64,000 bases of DNA from contig JAPDFW010000054.1 in NCBI GenBank assembly GCA_028826165.1, forward strand, positions 605,526 to 669,525, read 5' to 3'. The notes under the pieces were generated by a model. That model searched no databases and had not been told where the DNA came from. It was given only the letters and a program-made list of their open reading frames with translations. Every line of letters begins with the position of its first letter. The stretch's first letter is position 1. Origin of the DNA: Anaeramoeba ignava BMAN (Eukaryota > Protista > Anaeramoebae). Position numbers and translations under genes: made by a program. Shown piece after piece: positions 60,801 through 64,000 of this stretch.

Positions 60801-63800
60801 TTATTATTAAATTTATTATTAAAATTATTATTAAATTTTATTATTAAATTTATTATTGAATTGATTATTAAAAATTATTATTAAATTGATTATTAAATTG
60901 ATTATTAAATTGATTATTAAATTTATTATTAAAATTGATTATTAAATTTATTATTAAATTGATTATTAAATTGATTATTAAATTGGATTATTAAATTTAT
61001 TATTAAATTTATTATTAAAATTTATTATTAAATTGATTATTAAATTTATTATTAAATTTATTATTAAATTTATTATTAAATTGATTATTAAATTTATTAT
61101 TAAATTGATTATTAAATTGATTATTAAATTTATTATTAAATTTATTATTAAATTTATTATTAAATTGATTATTAAATTGATTATTAAATTTATTATTAAA
61201 TTTATTATTTAAATTGATTATTAAAATTATTATTAAAATTATTATTAAAATTGATTATTAAATTGATTATTAAATTGATTATTAAATTGATTATTAAATT
61301 GATTATTAAATTGATTATTAAATTTATTATTAAAATTATTATTAAATTTATTATTAAAATTATTATTAAATTTATTATTAAAATTGATTATTAAAATTAT
61401 TATTAAATTGATTATTAAATTGATTATTAAAATTATTATTAAATTGATTATAAAATTGATTATTAAATTGATTATTAAAATTATTATTAAATTTATTATT
61501 AAATTGATTATTAAATTTATTATTAAATTGATTATTAAATTTATTATTAAATTGATTATTAAAAATTATTATTAAATTGATTATTAAATTAATTATTAAA
61601 TTTATTATTAAATTGATTATTAAATTTTTATTATTAAATTAATTATTAAATTGATTATTAAAATGATTATTAAATTTATTATTAAATTTATTATTAAATT
61701 TATTATTAAAATTAATTATTAAATTTATTATTAAATTTATTATTAAATTTATTGTTATTATTAAATTTATTATTAAATTTATTATTAAAATTATTATTAA
61801 AATTGATTATTAAATTGATTATTAAATTGATTATTAAATTTGATTATTAAATTGATTATTAAATTTTATTATTAAATTTATTATTAAATTTGATTATTAA
61901 ATTGATTATTAAATTATTATTAAATTTATTATTAAATTTATTATTAAATTGATTATTAAATTGATTATTAAATTTATTATTAAATTGATTATTAAAATTG
62001 ATTATTAAAATTGATTATTATTAAAAATTAAAATTTTATTATTAAAATTGATTATTAAATTTATTATTAAATTGATTATTAAATTGATTATTAAATTAAA
62101 ATTATTATTAAATTAAATTGATTATTAAAATTGATTATTAAATTTATTAATTGATTATTAAAATTGATTATTAAATTGATTATTAAATTGATTATTAAAT
62201 TGATTATTAAATTTATTATTAAATTTATTTATTAAATTGATTATTAAATTGATTATTAAATTTATTATTAAATTGATTATTAAATTTATTATTAAATTGA
62301 TTATTAAATTGATTATTAAATTGATTATTAAATTTATTATTAAATTTATTATTAAATTTATTATTAAAATTATTATTAAATTATTAAATTGATTATTAAA
62401 TTGATTATTAAATTTATTATTAAATTTATTATTAAAATTGATTATTAAATTTATTATTAAATTGATTATTAAATTTATTATTAAATTGATTATTAAATTT
62501 ATTATTAAATTTATTATTAAAATTGATTATTAAAATTTATTATTAAATTTATTATTAAATTTATTATTAAATTTATTATTAAAGTAAATTGATTATTATT
62601 AAATTTATTATTAAATTTATTATTAAATTTTATTATTAAATTGATTATTAAATTTATTATTAAATTGATTATTAAATTTATTATTAAATTTATTATTAAA
62701 TTTATTATTAAATTGATTATTAAATTGATTATTAAATTTATTATTAAATTTATTATTAAATTGATTATTAAATTTATTATTAAATTTATTATTAAATTTA
62801 TTATTAAATTTATTATTAAAAATTGATTATTAAATTTATTATTAAATTTATTATTAAATTTATTATTAAATTTATTATTAAATTTATTATTAAATTTATT
62901 ATTAAAATTTATTATTAAATTTATTATTAAATTTATTATTAAATTTATTATTAAATTTATTATTAAATTTATTATTAAAATTTATTATTAAATTTATTAT
63001 TAAATTTATTATTAAAATTTATTATTAAATTTATTATTAAATTTATTATTAAATTTATTATTAAATTTATTATTATTAAATTTATTATTAAATTTATTAT
63101 TAAAATTTATTTATTAAATTGATTATTAAATTTATTATTAAATTTATTATTAAATTTATTATTAAATTTATTATTAAATTTATTATTAAATTTATTATTA
63201 AAATTTATTATTAAATTTATTATTAAAATTTTAAATTATTAAAATTGATTATTAAATTTATTATTAAATTTATTATTAAATTTATTATTAAATTTATTAT
63301 TAAATTTATTATTAAATTGATTATTAAATTGATTATTATTAAAATTGATTATTAAATTTATTATTAAATTTATTATTAAATTTATTATTAAATTTATTAT
63401 TAAATTTATTATTAAATTTATTATTAAATTTATTATTAAATTTATTATTAAATTTATTATTAAATTTATTATTAAATTTATTATTAAATTTATTATTAAA
63501 TTTATTATTATTAAATTTATTATTAAATTTATTATTAAATTTATTATTAAATTTATTATTAAATTTATTATTAAATTTATTATTAAATTTATTATTAAAT
63601 TTATTATTAAATTTATTATTATTTTTATTATTAAATTTATTATTAAATTTATTATTAAATTGATTATTAAAATTATTATTAAATTTATTATTAAATTTAT
63701 TATTAAATTTATTATTAAATTTTATTATTAAATTTATTATTAAATTTATTATTAAATTTATTATTAAATTTATTATTAATTTGATTATTAAATTTATTAT

Positions 63801-64000
63801 TAAATTTATTATTAAAAATGATTATTAAATTTATTAAATTTATTATTAAAATTATTTCTCATTATTATTAAATTTATTATTAAATTTATTATTAAATTTA
63901 TTATTAATAAAATTATTATTAAATTAAATGATTATTAAATTATTATTAAAATTATTATTATTAAATTATTAAATTTATTATTAAATCATTATTAAATTTC
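57810..64000. repeat. More than 6-kb 12-mer satellite (ATTAAATTKATT)n running off the window
   Basis: Directly visible; source of the spurious IIKF ORFs. Confidence 0.97.

Noticed and set aside
1624-63731. Many long IK/IL/FD/IIKF ORFs in the ORF track
   Set aside because: They are alternative-frame or antisense readings of 6- and 12-mer repeats with no domain content
1-64000. Alternative genetic code or inteins
   Set aside because: TAA, TAG and TGA all terminate conserved genes, and RAD51, Arl2, eS1 and Sec24 show no intein-sized insertions

Overview
Extremely AT-rich, intron-containing eukaryotic nuclear DNA read with the standard genetic code. The ankyrin-BTB and BTB-BACK-TLDc architectures, NQ/EN hexamer runs and Trichomonas-like TCATTTT initiators suggest an anaerobic protist such as Anaeramoeba (Metamonada); this is inference, not a database match. 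About 21 genes were reconstructed by hand. They include a short Tom22-like protein, SurE, a CH-RhoGEF-PH-ArfGAP protein, a TRIM-like protein with a glycine-rich C-terminus, a UBA-like protein, Rad52, CCDC39, a CAR-like GPCR, GSAP and ankyrin-BTB. Also present are a CBM48 protein, a DUF2608-like HAD protein, Arl2, striatin, DH-PH-FYVE, Sec24, eS1, RAD51, BTB-TLDc and an FG-GAP/FN3 surface protein. Long introns and intergenic gaps are filled with locus-private tandem repeats, many with 6- or 12-nt units, and the window ends in more than 6 kb of a 12-mer array. The most unusual signals are: alternating blocks of A-ending and T-ending synonymous codons; frequent AAG splice acceptors without pyrimidine tracts; back-to-back initiators in very short bidirectional promoters; and a 291-bp inverted-repeat element inside a GATC-bearing minisatellite. 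Several genes have single-base frameshifts that are probably assembly errors.
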